Shown here piece after piece: positions 12,245 through 25,604 of a DNA stretch of 64,000 bases. The DNA comes from Isurus oxyrinchus (Eukaryota). Position numbers and translations under genes: made by a program. The notes beneath the pieces were generated by a model. That model saw only the letters and a list, made by a program, of their open reading frames with translations. It had not been told where the DNA came from and searched no databases. Position 1 is the first letter of the stretch. Each line of letters starts with the position of its first letter. The DNA is taken from the NCBI GenBank assembly GCA_026770705.1, contig JANJGN010000121.1:930001-994000 (forward strand), in the 5' to 3' direction.

Positions 12245-13288
12245 AAGAGCTTCCTACAACTTAACTAACAGACCAGAGACGTATTGAACTGTCTAAAAGT
12301 GATCTGTTTATCAAAGAAATACAAGATTGTACACAGATCAAAAATGGCTGACACAAGTCACCTGATTGCTGATACTGTGAAGTTGATCACTTCTCTGGAA
12401 AGGTTCAAATGAATTGCACTGCAGACCTGTTGCATGGAAGTTCATGCCTGGGGTGTGTCAGGGTTCACTTCAAGCAGGGACACTCTTAAAAGGAAGGCAT
12501 TAAAATGTAAAGTGCTAGACTTTGATCAGCTGTAGTTCTATCAAAACAGTGGGAACTGCTCACCAAGCGGATAATCATCAGCCATTCAAAACCCTCTGTG
12601 GAGGATACAATACCCCCATCTCCTGTTGATTTATATCTTGAAATGCATCAAAGGTTTCAGAGATGCAAAGATAAAAAAATGGGAATACTTGGTCTATAAC
12701 AATGTATGTAAAACATGCTGATCGAATTGACTTCAGGGATATACAGACAGGAGTTTAACAAATGGTTCTGCCAAGCAGATATTAGAGAAAGGAGGGGAAA
12801 AAGAAATATGGCAGTCTTCCACAAACACTGCTGGAAAAGAGCAGAAATGATTTCTCCCTCTCTCTCTCTCTGTCTGAAGCTAACAGAGTGTCTTCAACAA
12901 TGTGCAAGTCTGAGCCAGATAAAATACAGGAATCTACAGAAAATCAACTAATTTAAAACAGCTTCAAACTTCACAGCCTACGCTGCAGTACAAGCAAACG
13001 ACTCTTAATTTTTTATTGGACTCTATAATTATTTTANNNNNNNNNNNNNNNNNNNNNNNNNNNNNNNNNNNNNNNNNNNNNNNNNNNNNNNNNNNNNNNN
13101 NNNNNNNNNNNNNNNNNNNNNNNNNNNNNNNNNNNNNNNNNNNNNNNNNNNNNNNNNNNNNNNNNNNNNNNNNNNNNNNNNNNNNNNNNNNNNNNNNNNN
13201 NNNNNNNNNNNNNNNNNNNNNNNNNNNNNNNNNNNNNNNNNNNNNNNNNNNNNNNNNNNNNNNNNNNNNNNNNNNNTGTGTGTACGTG

Positions 13289-13323
<35 letters not shown>

Positions 13324-14445
13324 TTGTGTGTGTGTTTTGTCCCATTTTAATTATTTTTCCTCCAGTTAGGTAACTAATAAACTTACTCTTTCTTTGACTC
13401 CACCAAACATGGTTTAATTGGTTCATTCTTAACAATCAAAGAGACTTGTTTTGGAAATCGTATTTCGGGGAAAATATATTTTAAACCCTTTTTTTCAACC
13501 AACCATAATTACCTCTTAAATATCTTAATCTCATTACTACTGAATTCAAAGCCCACATCTCAAAACATACAAGTTGGAAATTGGTTGTGACAGTTGTTTC
13601 AAGTTTCCCTCCAGGATTTGAACAGCTCAGCATTTACCATCTGTTATGTCATAACAGAGCTTCCTTCAACTTAACCAATGAGCCAAAATCGTATTGAACT
13701 GTTTAAAGGAGACCTGTTTTTCAAAAGTACAAGATTAGGCACTGATCAAAAATGGCTGTCACGAGTCACCTGATTGCTGATACTGCAAACTTGATCACTT
13801 CTCTGGAAAGCTTCAAATGAATTGCACTACAGACATGTTGCATGAAAGTTCTCACTGAGGTGTGTCAGGGTCCACTTGAAACAGGGTCTCCCTTAAAAAT
13901 GCAAAGCGTTGGACTTTGATCACTGTAGGTCTATCAAGGTAATGGGAACTTCTCACCATGCAGATATTCATCAACCGTTCAACACCCCTTGTGGAGGATG
14001 AAATGCCTCCATCTCCTGTTGATTTATATCTTGAAAAGCATCAAATGTTTCAGAGATACAAAGATCAAAAATGGGATTACTTGGTCTGTAACAATGAATG
14101 ACAGACAGGCTGATCAAATTCCCTTTTGAGAATATACCGACAGGAGTTTAACAACAGCTTCTGTCAAGAAAATATAAGAGAAAGTAGGAGGAAAAAGAAA
14201 GATGGCAGTCACTCAAATACACTGCTGGAAAAGAGCAGAAATTCTCTCTCTCTCTCTCTCTCTTTCTGAAGCTAACAGAGCATCTTCAACAAAGTGCAAA
14301 TCTGAATCAAATCACCACCAGGATGCCACAGGAAACCAATTAACCTTGAACAGCTGCAAACGTCAACAATCTACACCTCAAAGACAAGCAAAGGTGTTAA
14401 CCATATATTCTTTTAATTTTTTATTGGACCCTAACTTTTTAATTA
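12245..14445. repeat. Two diverged ~790-bp direct repeats (12245-13035 and ~13656-14445), LTR-like
   Basis: Colinear similarity from agagcttcc..caacttaac to ttttattgga; an LTR-type end (…gtcataaca, ~13656) lies between them. Flanked by N gaps. Confidence 0.6.
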
Positions 14446-14699
14446 TGACATGTGTGTCTGTGTGAACGTGTGTGAATGTGTGTGTGTGTACCTGTGTGCA
14501 TGTGTATTGTTGCATCTTTATTATAAATGTTATTTAAAAATAGTGATCACACAAGCCTAGTTTCTAAGGAAATGAAAATGCAAACAATTTACAGTAAAGT
14601 GAAACGTACAGGAATAATCTATTTTGAGCTGATGATATATAATTATACATGATGCATCTTGCTAATTTCAAACATCATCTGAAATATGGTAGGTCTGAC

Positions 14700-15090
14700 A
14701 GAGCAGCATTTTCTCAGTGCTCAGCCTCTGACAGTGCAGCACTCCCTCAGTACTGACCCTCTGACAGTGCAGCACTCCCTCAGTACTGACCCTCTGACAG
14801 TGCAGCATTCCCTCAGCACTCACCCTCCGACAGTGCAGCACTCCCTCATCACTGACCCTCTGACAGTGCAGCACTCCCTCAGTGCTCACCGTCTGACAGT
14901 GCAGCACTCCCTCAGTGCTCACCCTCTGACAGTGCAGCACTCCCTCAGCACTGACCCTCTGGGAGTGCAGCACTCCCTCAGTACTGACCCTCCGACAGTG
15001 CAGCACTCCCTCAGTACTGACCCTCCGACAGTGCAGCACTCCCTCAGTACTGACCTTCCAACAGTGCAGCACTCCCTCAGCACTCCCTCA
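14700..15090 (-). repeat. 33-bp minisatellite (minus strand); the same junction recurs at 16915-17100
   Basis: Tandem units followed by ctccctcactggggaga...ttttga.ctgaaa and GA/GT-rich DNA at both sites. Confidence 0.9.
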
Positions 15091-16224
15091 CTGGGGAGAG
15101 TCCGTCTGCATTTTGAACTGAAACCTTGACATGGTCTCAAAACACCAACCTTCCATCTCGGAGAGAGAGAGTGCGTTTGTGTGTGAGAGAGAGAGACAAT
15201 GTATGTGTGAGAGACTGAGTGTGTATGTGTGAGAGAGCAAAAGAGAGTTAGAGTGTGTGTGCATGAGAGAGGGAGGTAGCTTGTGTGTGTGAGAGAGAGT
15301 GTGTGTGAGAGAAAGAAAATGTCTATGTGAGAGTGAGAGAGAGTATACGTGTGAGAGAGAAAGATAGAGAGAATGTGCGTGTGAGATAGTGTGTGTGCGA
15401 AAGAGAGTGTGTGTCTGTGAGAGAGTGTTTGTGTATGTGAGAGTGTGTGTGTGAGATTGTGTGTGTGTGTGTGTGTTTGAGAGAGAGGGAGATTGTGCGT
15501 TTGAGAGAGGGAGTGAGAGAGAACATGTGTGTGAGAGAGAGAGTGTGTGTGTGTATGTGTGTGTGTGAAAGAGAAAGTGTTTGTGCAAAAGAGTGTGTGT
15601 NNNNNNNNNNNNNNNNNNNNNNNNNNNNNNNNNNNNNNNNNNNNNNNNNNNNNNNNNNNNNNNNNNNNNNNNNNNNNNNNNNNNNNNNNNNNNNNNNNNN
15701 NNNNNNNNNNNNNNNNNNNNNNNNNNNNNNNNNNNNNNNNNNNNNNNNNNNNNNNNNNNNNNNNNNNNNNNNNNNNNNACAGTTTCACACGTTGCTAGGG
15801 ACCACTTTTCCGCCTCTCTGTCAGACTGTGTGTATCTGACAGCAGGTCAGGCAGAAATAGTCCAGAATGCGCTGTGGTTTTGTAGCATTGAAACAACGAC
15901 ATGAACTAAATGAGTGCTGCACCAAATAAAGACATGGAGTTACCACACCAAAAAACCACGTGACTTCCCCAGTTTCACATCTCCCTCAAACACAGAAAAA
16001 CTGGGTTAACACTGACCCTCCTCCCACAGCTAGTTTACCTCGTGTCCGATGCAGTCAGGAGAGGAAGATCATCTCTCCTCCGATCCTGGTAAACTGAACA
16101 TTTCCAGAATTAGATCAGCTCCCTGAAGTGTCTCCAGTTAGTCATTCATCTGACAGGATTGACTCTACAACCCTGGGAACTCATTCTCCTGTAAGTAAAA
16201 CACTTGCTGCTCCTGTCAAATCTC

Positions 16225-16505
16225 TTCTGTATAGCATGATCTCTGGATGTCCCAGAACACTTTACAAGTGAGTGCACCCTTTTTTCGAAGTGTGGTTACT
16301 GTTGTAATGTAGGAAATGCAACAGCCAATTAGCGCACAGCAAGCTCCCACAAACAGCAATGTGATCATCTGTTTTTGGTGATGTTGGGTGAGGGATAAAT
16401 ATTGGTCCCAGGACACCGGGGAGATCTCCCCCCTGCTCTTCCTCCAAATAGTGGCTGTGGGATCTTTCACACCCGCCCGAGAGGGCAGACGGGGGACTCG
16501 GTTTA
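16225..16505 (-). mobile_element. DeuSINE (SacSINE1/AmnSINE1-like) fragment
   Basis: Reverse complement matches the Deu core and tail seen at 28710-29010 (gatcccacagccactatttggaggaagagcaggggg...). Confidence 0.75.
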
Positions 16506-17574
16506 GTGTCTAATATTGGACTAATCTCCAGGCGAGGTTGGCTGGATGGATTATTGACAAGGTCCATTCACCCTGTAAAGAGTTTCTCTGGTTTGAAATA
16601 CCCGATCAAACATCGAGTTCTGTGTCTAAACCTTGTGTTGAAAAGACACCTTTCCAGCTCTTCACCTGCCATCAGCTTGTTGAGTCTTCACATGCTCCGT
16701 CTGTCCGTGACCAACCCCTCTTAGCTCATCCTTTCCTTGTCGTACATCGAGCTGTTCATCCTGACGGGTTCCCTCCTTCCCAGTAACACTCCATCTCCGA
16801 CATCAAACTAACTCCCAACACGTTGATGAATTGTATGGATTCCAGCGTCAGTTGGTTCTGTCTGAGGCTGTTTCTCTGATCGGGGACCGAGCTGTTCTGA
16901 ATGGACATTGTGTTCAGTACTGATCCTCCGACAGTGCAGCACTCCCTCAGTACTTACCCTCTGACAGTGCAGCACGCCCTCAGTACTGACCCTCTGACAG
17001 TGCAGCACTCCCTCAGTACTGATCCTCTGACAGTGCAGCACTCCCTCACCACTCCCTCACTGGGGAGAATCTACCTGGGTTTTGAGCTGAAATCATGAGC
17101 AGGTCTTAAAACCTTCTGTATCAGAGAGAGAGAGAGTGTCTGAGAGACAGAGAGAGACAGAGAGACTGTGTGAGAGAGAAAAAGAGATAGAGAGAGTGTG
17201 TGCATGTGTGAGGGAGAGTGTTTGTATATGAGGGAGAGAGTGTGCATGTGAGAGTGTGTGAGAGAGAGTGTGTGGGAGAGAGAGTGTGTTTGTGACAGAG
17301 AGTGTGTGTGTGTGTGCGAGGGAGAGAAAGAGGGAGACAGCAGAAGAGCGAGATGAAGAGAAATGTTAAATGTTTGAGAGAGAGAGAATGTGTGTGTCTG
17401 AGAGAGAGAGTGTGTGTGTGTGAGAGAGAGTGTGTGTGCTTGACAGAAAGAGAGATTGTGTTAGTTTTAGGGAAAGTGTGTGAGTGTGTGAGAGAGTGTT
17501 TGTGTCTGAGAGAGAGAGAGAGAATGTATTTGAGGGAGGGAGCCAGAGAGAATGTGTGTGTGTGAGACAGAGAG

Positions 17575-20020
17575 AGAGCAGAAAAGTGCGATAGAGAGAG
17601 ATTGTGAGTGTTAGAGAGAGAATGTGTGTGTGTGAGAGAGAGAGATAGAGCAGAAGAGTGTGATAGAGAGAGATTGTGAGTGTTAGAGAGAGAATGTGTC
17701 TGTGTGAGAGAGAGAGATAGAGCAGAAGAGTGTGATAGAGAGAGATTGTGAGTGTTAGAGAGAGAATGTGTGCGTGTGTGAGAGAGAGAGAGATAGAGCA
17801 GAGGAGTGTGATAGAGAGAGATTGTGAGTGTTAGAGAGAGAATGTGTGTGTGTGAGAGAGAGAGAGAGAGCAGAGGAGTGTGATAGAGAGAGATTGTGAG
17901 TGTTAGAGAGAGAATGTGTGTGTGTGAGAGAGAGAGAGATAGAGCAGAAGAGTGTGATAGAGAGAGATTGTGAGAGTTAGAGAGAGAATGTGTGTGTGAG
18001 AGAGAGAGAGATAGAGCAGAAGAGTGTGATAGAGAGAGATTGTGAGTGTTAGAGAGAGAATGTGTGTGTGTGTGAGAGAGAGATAGAGCAGAAGAGTGTG
18101 ATAGAGAGAGATTGTGAGTGTTAGAGAGAGAATGTGTGTGTGTGAGAGAGAGAGATAGAGCACAGGAGTGTGATAGAGAGAGATTGTGAGAGTTAGAGAG
18201 AGAATGTGTGTGTGAGAGAGAGAGAGATAGAGCAGAAGAGTGTGATAGAGAGAGATTGTGAGTGTTAGAGAATGTGTGTGTGTGTGAGAGAGAGATAGAG
18301 CAGGGGAGTGCGATAGAGAGAGATTGTGAGTGTTAGAGAGAGAATGTGTGTGTGTGAGAGAGAGATAGAGCAGAAGAGTGCGATAGAGAGAGATTGTGTT
18401 TGTTAGAGAGAGAATGTGTGTGTGTGTGAGAGAGAGAGAGATAGAGCAGAAGAGTGTGATAGAGAGAGATTGTGAGTGTTAGAGAGAGAATGTGTGTGTG
18501 AGAGAGAGAGAGATAGAGCAGAAGAGTGCGATAGAGAGAGATTGTGAGTGTTAGAGAGAGAATGTGTGTGTGAGAGAGAGAGATAGAGCAGGGGAGTGCG
18601 ATAGAGAGAGATTGTGAGTGTTAGAGAGAGAATGTGTGTGTGTGAGAGAGAGATAGAGCAGAAGAGTGCGATAGAGAGAGATTGTGTTTGTTAGAGAGAG
18701 AATGTGTGTGTGTGTGTGAGAGAGAGACAGATAGAGCAGAAGAGTGTGATAGAGAGAGATTGTGATTGTTAGAGAGAGAATGTGTGTGTGTGAGAGACAA
18801 GATAGAGCAGAAGAGTGCGATAGAGAGAGATTGTGAGTGTTAGAGAGAGAATGTGAGTGTGAGAGAGAGAGATAGAGCAGAAGAGTGTGATAGAGAGAGA
18901 TTGTGAGTGTTAGAGAGAGAATGTGTGTGTGTGAGAGAGAGATAGAGCAGAAGAGTGCATTTGAGAGAGATTGTGAGTGTTAGAGAGAGAAGGTGTGTGT
19001 GTGAGAGAGAGATAGAGCAGAAGAGTGCGATAGAGAGAGATTGTGAGTGTTAGAGAGAGAATGTGTGTGTGTGAGAGAGAGAGAGAGCAGAAGAGTGTGA
19101 TAGAGAGAGATTGTGAGTGTTAGAGAGAGAATGTGAGTGTGAGAGAGAGAGAGAGAGAGCAGAAGAGTGCGATAGAGAGAGATTGTGAGTGTTAGAGAGA
19201 GAATGTGGGTGAGAGAGAGAGATAGAGCAGAAGAGTGTGATAGAGAGAGATTGTGAATGTTAGAGAGAGAATGTGTGTGTGTGAGAGAGATAGAGCAGAG
19301 GAGTGTGATAGAGAGAGATTGTGAGTGTTAGAGAGAGAATGTGGGTGAGAGAGAGAGATAGAGCAGAAGAGTGTGATAGAGAGAGATTGTGAGTGTTAGA
19401 GAGAGAATGTGTGTGTGTGAGAGAGAGATACAGCAGAAGAGTGTGATAGAGATTGAGAGTGTTAGAGAGAGAATGTGTGTGTGTGAGAGACAGAGATAGA
19501 GCAGAAGAGTGCGATAGAGAGAGATTGTGAGTGTTAGAGAGAGAATGTGTGTGTGTGAGAGACAGAGATAGAGCAGAAGAGTGCGATAGAGAGAGATTGT
19601 GAGTGTTAGAGAGAGAATGTGAGTGTGAGAGAGAGAGATAGAGCAGAAGAGTTTGATAGAGAGAGATAGTGAGTGTTAGAGAGAGAATGTGTGTATGAGA
19701 GAGAGATAGAGCAGAAGAGTGTGATCGAGAGAGATTGAGTGTTAGAGAGAGAATGTGTGTGTGAGAGAGAGAGAGAGATAGAGCAGAAGAGTGTGATCGA
19801 GAGAGATTGAGTGTTAGAGAGAGAATGTGTGTGTGAGAGAGAGAGAGAGCAGAGGAGTGTGATAGAGAGAGATTGTGTTTGTTAGAGAGAGAATGTGTGT
19901 GTGAGAGAGAGAGAGAGAGCAGAAGAGTGCGATAGATAGAGATTGTGAGTGTTAGAGAGAGAATGTGTGTGTGAGAGAGAGAGATAGAGCAGAAGAGTGC
20001 GATAGATAGAGATTGTGAGG
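17575..20020. repeat. Compound ~60-65-bp satellite built from GA/GT microsatellites, about 40 copies
   Basis: Unit gagatagagcagaagagtgtgatagagagagattgtgagtgttagagagagaatgtgtgtgtgtgaga. Confidence 0.95.
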
Positions 20021-20284
20021 ACTAAACTCACTGAGCGAAAAAGCTGGACACCCAGCACAGTGAGTGAGGGTACAATGAATTTTTGCCGTGTTTGGTGAAT
20101 CGGTTTGCGATGTCCCTTCTCAGTCTCTCCTTCCTTGTCTTGACATTAGTTTATTCCCTGGGGCTGTTTAACTCACTGAAAGGTGCCATTTAACCACAAG
20201 TTGTTGTTTGAGGAAGAAACACTGGGGACAATTTATGAAAAAGTCTCTGTCTTTATCATTTTCCATTTAGATGAGGAACTGAAG

Positions 20285-20330
20285 ATGGGAGAGGTCGGTC
20301 TGATATTGATCTTCATCAGCTTGCTGCAAG
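20285..20330 (+). CDS. Gene B: leader exon MGEVGLILIFISLLQ(G)
   Basis: ATG, hydrophobic core, CAAG|gtacaa phase-1 donor; same LLQG ending as the gene D leader. Confidence 0.75.
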
Positions 20331-20649
20331 GTACAAATTCATTACTGATCGGAACTCAGGGAATTGGATTCTTTCCTGGAGTGAGGAAGTGAACATTTAA
20401 TTTTAGAGAACAGGGTTAGTGATCACACAGAGAGTGAGTGAATAGCGAGTCAGAGAATGTAGCAAAAGAAAAAGCCTCATACGGACTCGAAACACCAACT
20501 CTGTTTCTCTCTCCACAGATGCTGTCAGACCTGCTGAGTTTTTCCAGCATTTTCTGTTTGTGCATCAGAGAGCTTGTTTCAATAGGAATGACAGTGCATT
20601 TATATAGCACCTTTAATGCAGTAAAACATCCTTATTGCTTCACAGGATT

Positions 20650-21110
20650 CCCCCACAAGGGGTAACATCCCCTCAGCATCCACCCTGTCAAACCCCCCAC
20701 CACCTCAGAATCTTATATGTTTCAATAAGATCACCTCTCATTCTTCTAAACTCCAATGGATACAGGGCCCAACCTGCTCAACATTTCCTCACAGGACAAA
20801 CCCCCTTCATCCCAGGAATCAGCCCAGTGATCCTCCTCTGAGCTGCCTCCAATGCAGAGTCTATCCCTCCCTAAGTAAGGAGACCAGAACTGTACACACT
20901 GCTCCTGATACAATCTCACCAACGCCCTGTACAGTTGTAGCAAGACTTCCCTCCTTTTATACTTCATCCCTTTGCAATAAAGGCCAACATTCCACTTGCC
21001 TTCCTCATTCCGTGCTGTTCCTGAATGCTGACTTTCTGTGATTCATGTACAAGGACACCCAGATCCCTCTGTACCGCATTCTGCTGCCTCTCTCCATTGA
21101 AGTAATATTC
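20650..21110 (-). mobile_element. CR1 LINE fragment
   Basis: MKYKRREVLLQLYRALVRLYQEQCVQFWSPYL matches the CR1 ORF2 C-terminus. Confidence 0.85.
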
Positions 21111-21150
21111 TGCTTTTTGATGTCCTGTCTCTTCCCTTGTTGCCTTTCAG

Positions 21151-21437
21151 GAGTGACATCAGAGGGATGGTCTATGAAGGCGCTACCTCGGAGGGCCATC
21201 AGCAGCTCTTGTGTGGTTATTCTGTGTAGCTTTGACTTTCCTTCCCACTCTTACACAGCACTGCACGGAGCTTGGTATAAATATTGGTATAGATGGAAAT
21301 ATACCATCACATACACCAAAGATCCCAACTATGGGGTGGCCACATTCGTGGGACGTGCTAAAATAATCGGCGACTTGGAAGGGAAGAATTGTTTGGTGAG
21401 GATTGACAGTCTCAGAGCTGAAGACAGTGACGTGTAA
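21151..21437 (+). pseudogene. Gene B: divergent Siglec-type V-set exon, truncated before the F strand
   Basis: cctttcag|GA GTG...; VTSEGWSM...SCVVILCSFDFP...GAWYK...GRAKIIGDLEGKNCLVRIDSLRAEDSDV*. Has the Siglec CxxIxC and E-strand NC pattern; Gypsy sequence follows directly. Confidence 0.8.
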
Positions 21438-21839
21438 TGCACCCAATTCTAAATCTTTTCACCAATTAGTCGTCCTCATGAAGATGTGTTTTCAGCTGAA
21501 GCCGTGGGTAATAATGCAGAGGTTTAAGTTTAACTCCAGAGTAAGGGCCCAGGGAGAGTCCATCGCAACCTATACAGTGAAGTGGAAGCAGGTGACTGAG
21601 CACTGGGACCTCGGAGACACACTCAATGACATGTTACGGGGCCGATTGGTTTGTGTCGTTCAGCCCAACGCCATTCAGAGCCGTTTACTCGCAGAAGCCG
21701 ACATCAATTTGAAGCGCTCCATGAAAATAGCGCCAGGCATGGAAAGTGCTGGGAGAGACTGGCGGGATTTACAGGATGTATAACATGGCGCCAGTCCTCA
21801 GCTGGGACAGGAACCAACCACCGGGCGTGAGGCTCAAAC

Positions 21840-21872
<33 letters not shown>

Positions 21873-22570
21873 CCGCCAAGCGAGAGACAGTCTCTGCCGC
21901 TCCAGAAACTAAAAGGCTTCGTGGGAGTATTTCAGCAGCAACTCCGAAGTTGGCCTGTTCTCGATGTGGGGGGGAGTGATCTCGTACCGGACACCTGCAG
22001 GTTCAAGGGGGCAGAATGCCATCACTGCCACAAGAAAGGGGCGGGTAATAAAGCAATGCAGGGTGAAATCGAGACAGCCCATCAGGCAGTGCACCAACAT
22101 GATGGAAGTGAATAATATCACAGAGCCTGAAGCTGCTGATACCGATGTCTATTCCCTGTCCAATGTCACAGTGGTAAAAACTGAACCTATAACCATCACA
22201 ACCCAAGTGAATGGGCAGCCACTAGTAATGGGGCAGATACGGGAGCCTCAGACACAGTGGTGGAAGAGCCCACATTTAAACAGCTAAATGAAGGAACCCA
22301 GACGCTGAATTTAGAGCCAACAATGGATCAGCTGAAGACACACACTGGAGAATCCATACAGGGAAAGGACCTCATCCCAGTACCTGTGTCCTACAGGCAG
22401 CAGACAGCCCAGCTTCCAGTGATCATAGCGACAGGTGAGGGCCCTAGTCTTCTGGGCCGAGACTGGTTCCAGAAAACCAAGCTCAGCTGCTCTGAAATGT
22501 TTCACTGGAGGAGTTGCTGAGTTGCTGGGGGAATATGAGAGTGTATCTCGGAATGAGTTTGAAGAATTGA
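21436..22570 (+). mobile_element. Gypsy LTR-retrotransposon gag-protease fragment (degenerate)
   Basis: QRFKFNSRVRAQGESIATY...LNDMLRGRLVC (gag); CSRCGG/CHHCHKKG zinc knuckles; protease-type end GEGPSLLGRDW; frameshifted. Confidence 0.85.
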
Positions 22571-22819
22571 AGCATCCTCACAGGCTGCAAGTGTCCCTCA
22601 GGTCAGAGTTGGTTCCACTGGAAAATCCTGAAGAGAAAGAAAGCGAATTCTGTGCCGCTCTGAGCAAACTGAAGAAACAGTTGGCAGGGAAGACCCAACC
22701 ATGTCCAATGTTCCAGGAGGAAGGCAAGAGATACAAGGAAGAGACTGAAGAGCTGAAGATTCAGCTGAATGAAACCAAAGAGGCAGTTACAGTATCACAA
22801 CAAGTTTACAGTGCAGAAG

Positions 22820-23225
22820 GAGGCCATTCAGCCCCTTGAGCCTGTTACACAGGAACAGGAGGAGGCCATTCAGCCCCCTCAAGCCTGTTACACAGGAACA
22901 GGAGGAGGCCATTCAGCCCGTCGAGCCTGTTACACAGGAACAGGAAGAGGCCCATTCAGCCCCCTCGAAACTGTTACACAGGAACAGAAGGGGGCCATTC
23001 AGCCCATTGAGCCTGTTACACAGATACAGGAAGAGGCCATTCAGCCCCCTCAAGACTGTTACACAGGAACAGAAGGAGGCCCATTCAGCCCCCTCGAGCC
23101 TGTTACACAAGAACAGGAGGAGGCCCATTCAGCCCCATTGAGCCTGTTACACAGAAAAAGGACGAGGCCCATTCAGCCACTGATGCCCGTTACACAGGAA
23201 CAGGAGGAGGCCATTCAGCCCCTTG
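22820..23225 (+). repeat. ~42-44-bp minisatellite (GGCCATTCAGCCCCTCGAGCCTGTTACACAGGAACAGGAGGA)n
   Basis: Tandem units; the same family occurs on the opposite strand at 40055-40355 and 41225-41840 and resembles CR1 3' tails. Confidence 0.9.
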
Positions 23226-24664
23226 TAGGGTGTGGTGGTGTGTGTCAGCTTCACCTGCGACTTCTGAGCCGTCTGAATCGCTCCCATTCCCTGGGTTCTA
23301 GACCTTGGACTTATTCGGGGCTTGTCACAAAGTGCAGCAGACAACTGGTTTTGGTGCAAGACAAAAACTGAGTTTATTGAAGTCACAAATGAACTTCTAA
23401 CATTAGGATGACACTGAGATTATACAGACTTACAAAGTACACTGAGTTAAGAATGGGGAAAAATGGCATAACGAGGGAGAATCACGCTACTAATGCCCTT
23501 ACCCTTGTCCCACCCCCAAACCCTAACTAAATTGCACTAGGAGAGGTCAGGGGTCACGCTCACCAACCCAGGGTTCCTTGACAGGTGGAAATCCAGCCAG
23601 GTAAACCGGTTGCAGTTTTGGGGGACGCTCTTAGTGTCCTCTGGGGCCTGTCATCCCCACGTGGTCCTGGTCTGTGGAATCTGTGAAGGGTCTTCAGTTG
23701 GGTGGAGGGCGCGGTTGTGGGTGGTCGATCTTCATGGAGGGCAGCGGTTGTGGCCTTGTTGTCTTCGGTTGAGCCTGCCACCCCGTGCCCCTCACCGTGA
23801 TGTTGCCTGTGGGCCTGCAAACCTCCAGATCTCCTTGCTTAAACTCTGCTTCAGCCGCTCCCAACTGCTCACTGCCCTGTGTCAGCTTTCAACACTGCAA
23901 CCCTTCTGCTGGCTGGTTTCTCTCCCAACTGACTGCCCAGTTATACTGCCTTTCGAGTTTCTTATCGCAATCCAAATCAAGGTTCGTTCTTTGTTTGTCT
24001 TTGGTGGGCTTCCCCAGGTGATTGATGTCTCGTTGTTGTTAATGGGCTCGCATGATGTTTATCATTGTCTTCCTGCCCAGTAACTAGTTTTGAACTGAAA
24101 GCCATTGTATGTGTGGAGTATTGATGGGTTCGCATAATTAAATTGCCGGCCTCAGAAGTTAGGAGCGATTATTGATGCAAGATTTAGATGGGCTTCAGTT
24201 GCGTGTGAAGTGAAGTCTTTCTCTGGGTTGATTGTATTAAAGGGAAGAATGCGTATTCTCTCGTTGTCTGGTTTCAGGGAGGGTTACAGGGGCTGGAGGA
24301 GGTTACAGGTATAGGGAGGGGTGTAGGGGTTGAAGGTGGCTACAGAGATGGGGAGGGTTGTGGGGGTTGGAGGTGGTTACAGATATAGGGAGGGGTGTAG
24401 GGGTTGAAGGAGGTTACAGAGATGGGGAGGATTGTAGAGGCAGGTGGAGGCTGCCTAAGGGAGGGTTGTAGGGGCTGGAGGAAAGGGACAGAGAGAGGAG
24501 GTTACAGATATAGGGAGGGAGACAGTCAGAGAGAGAGCGACAGGGAGAGAGAGAGCGATAGAGAGATTGAGAGACAGACAGAGACTGAGAGAGGGAGAAG
24601 AGAGAAGGAGAGTGAGAGAGAGACAGAACAAGTGTGAAAGATGGTGGAAGGGAAGAGTGGGGAG

Positions 24665-25020
24665 GTGTTGGCCTGATGGTATTTTCACTGGACCAGTAAT
24701 CCAGAGACCCAGTGTAATGCTCCTGGGACCCTGGTTAGAATCCCACCACAGCAGTTGGTGGAATTTGAACTCAATAAAAACCTGGAATTAAAAGTCCGAT
24801 GATGACCAGGAAACCATTGCTGATTCTTGTATTTGGGTCACAAATGCCCTTTAGGGAGGGAAATCTGCTGTCCTTACCTGGTCTGGCCTACATGTGACTC
24901 CAGACCCACAGCAATGTGGTTCACTTTTAAAAAGTGGCCTCTGAACAAGGGCAATTAGGGTTGGGCAATAAATGCTGGCCTAGGCAGCGATGTCCACATC
25001 ACATGAAAGAATGAAATAAA
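24665..25020 (+). mobile_element. tRNA-derived SINE sharing its 3' tail with the local CR1-clade LINE
   Basis: A/B-box-like head (tggcctgatgg...ggttagaatccc); tail gggcaattaggg.tgggcaataaatgctggcc also seen at ~10195. Related pieces at ~3300-3500, 51810-52085 and 53460-53630. Confidence 0.7.
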
Positions 25021-25604
25021 AGGACAGAGAGGGACAGACAGAGTCGAGAGACACCCAGAATGAAAAAAACACAGTAAACACTGGAAAATAAACATTCTGG
25101 TCTGATCTGGTCTTGTATACCTTCAAATGGAACACCAGTAAAACAGGGAAATAAGAGTACTGGGCCAAACTGTTAGAGAGGGGCACATTTAGAGAGAGAG
25201 AGAGAGAGAGAAAGAGGGAGACACTGAAAGAGATAAGGACAAGGAAAGAAAGAGTGAGAGAGAGAGACAGACAGAGACACACAAAGAAGTAGAAAGAAAG
25301 TGATAGAGATGAAGCAGGAGAGAATGAGGAGAAAGATAGATAGATAGAGAGAGAGGATGGTAGAGAAAGAGAACGAGAGGAAAAGAGACAAAGGCAGAAT
25401 GTGATGGAACACTGAATCCTTGTCTATGCGTTTTGAAATCCAGCCCAGAACTATCATTGGAAGATTCAGCGAGTGTCCAGTACAGGGGACCCAGCCCAAC
25501 CTTCTCATCCTGACCTTCCCAGTGGGGCTGAAGAGGGCAGAGAGGAAACCTTCCTCTGTTATTCTGTTGTCGAATAAACACAACAATTCTGGAACTCTGC
25601 CCTT

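Noticed and set aside
23230-24270. Possible minus-strand LTR/ERV fragment
   Set aside because: Only a reversed AATAAA context and general appearance; no recognisable protein motif or paired termini.
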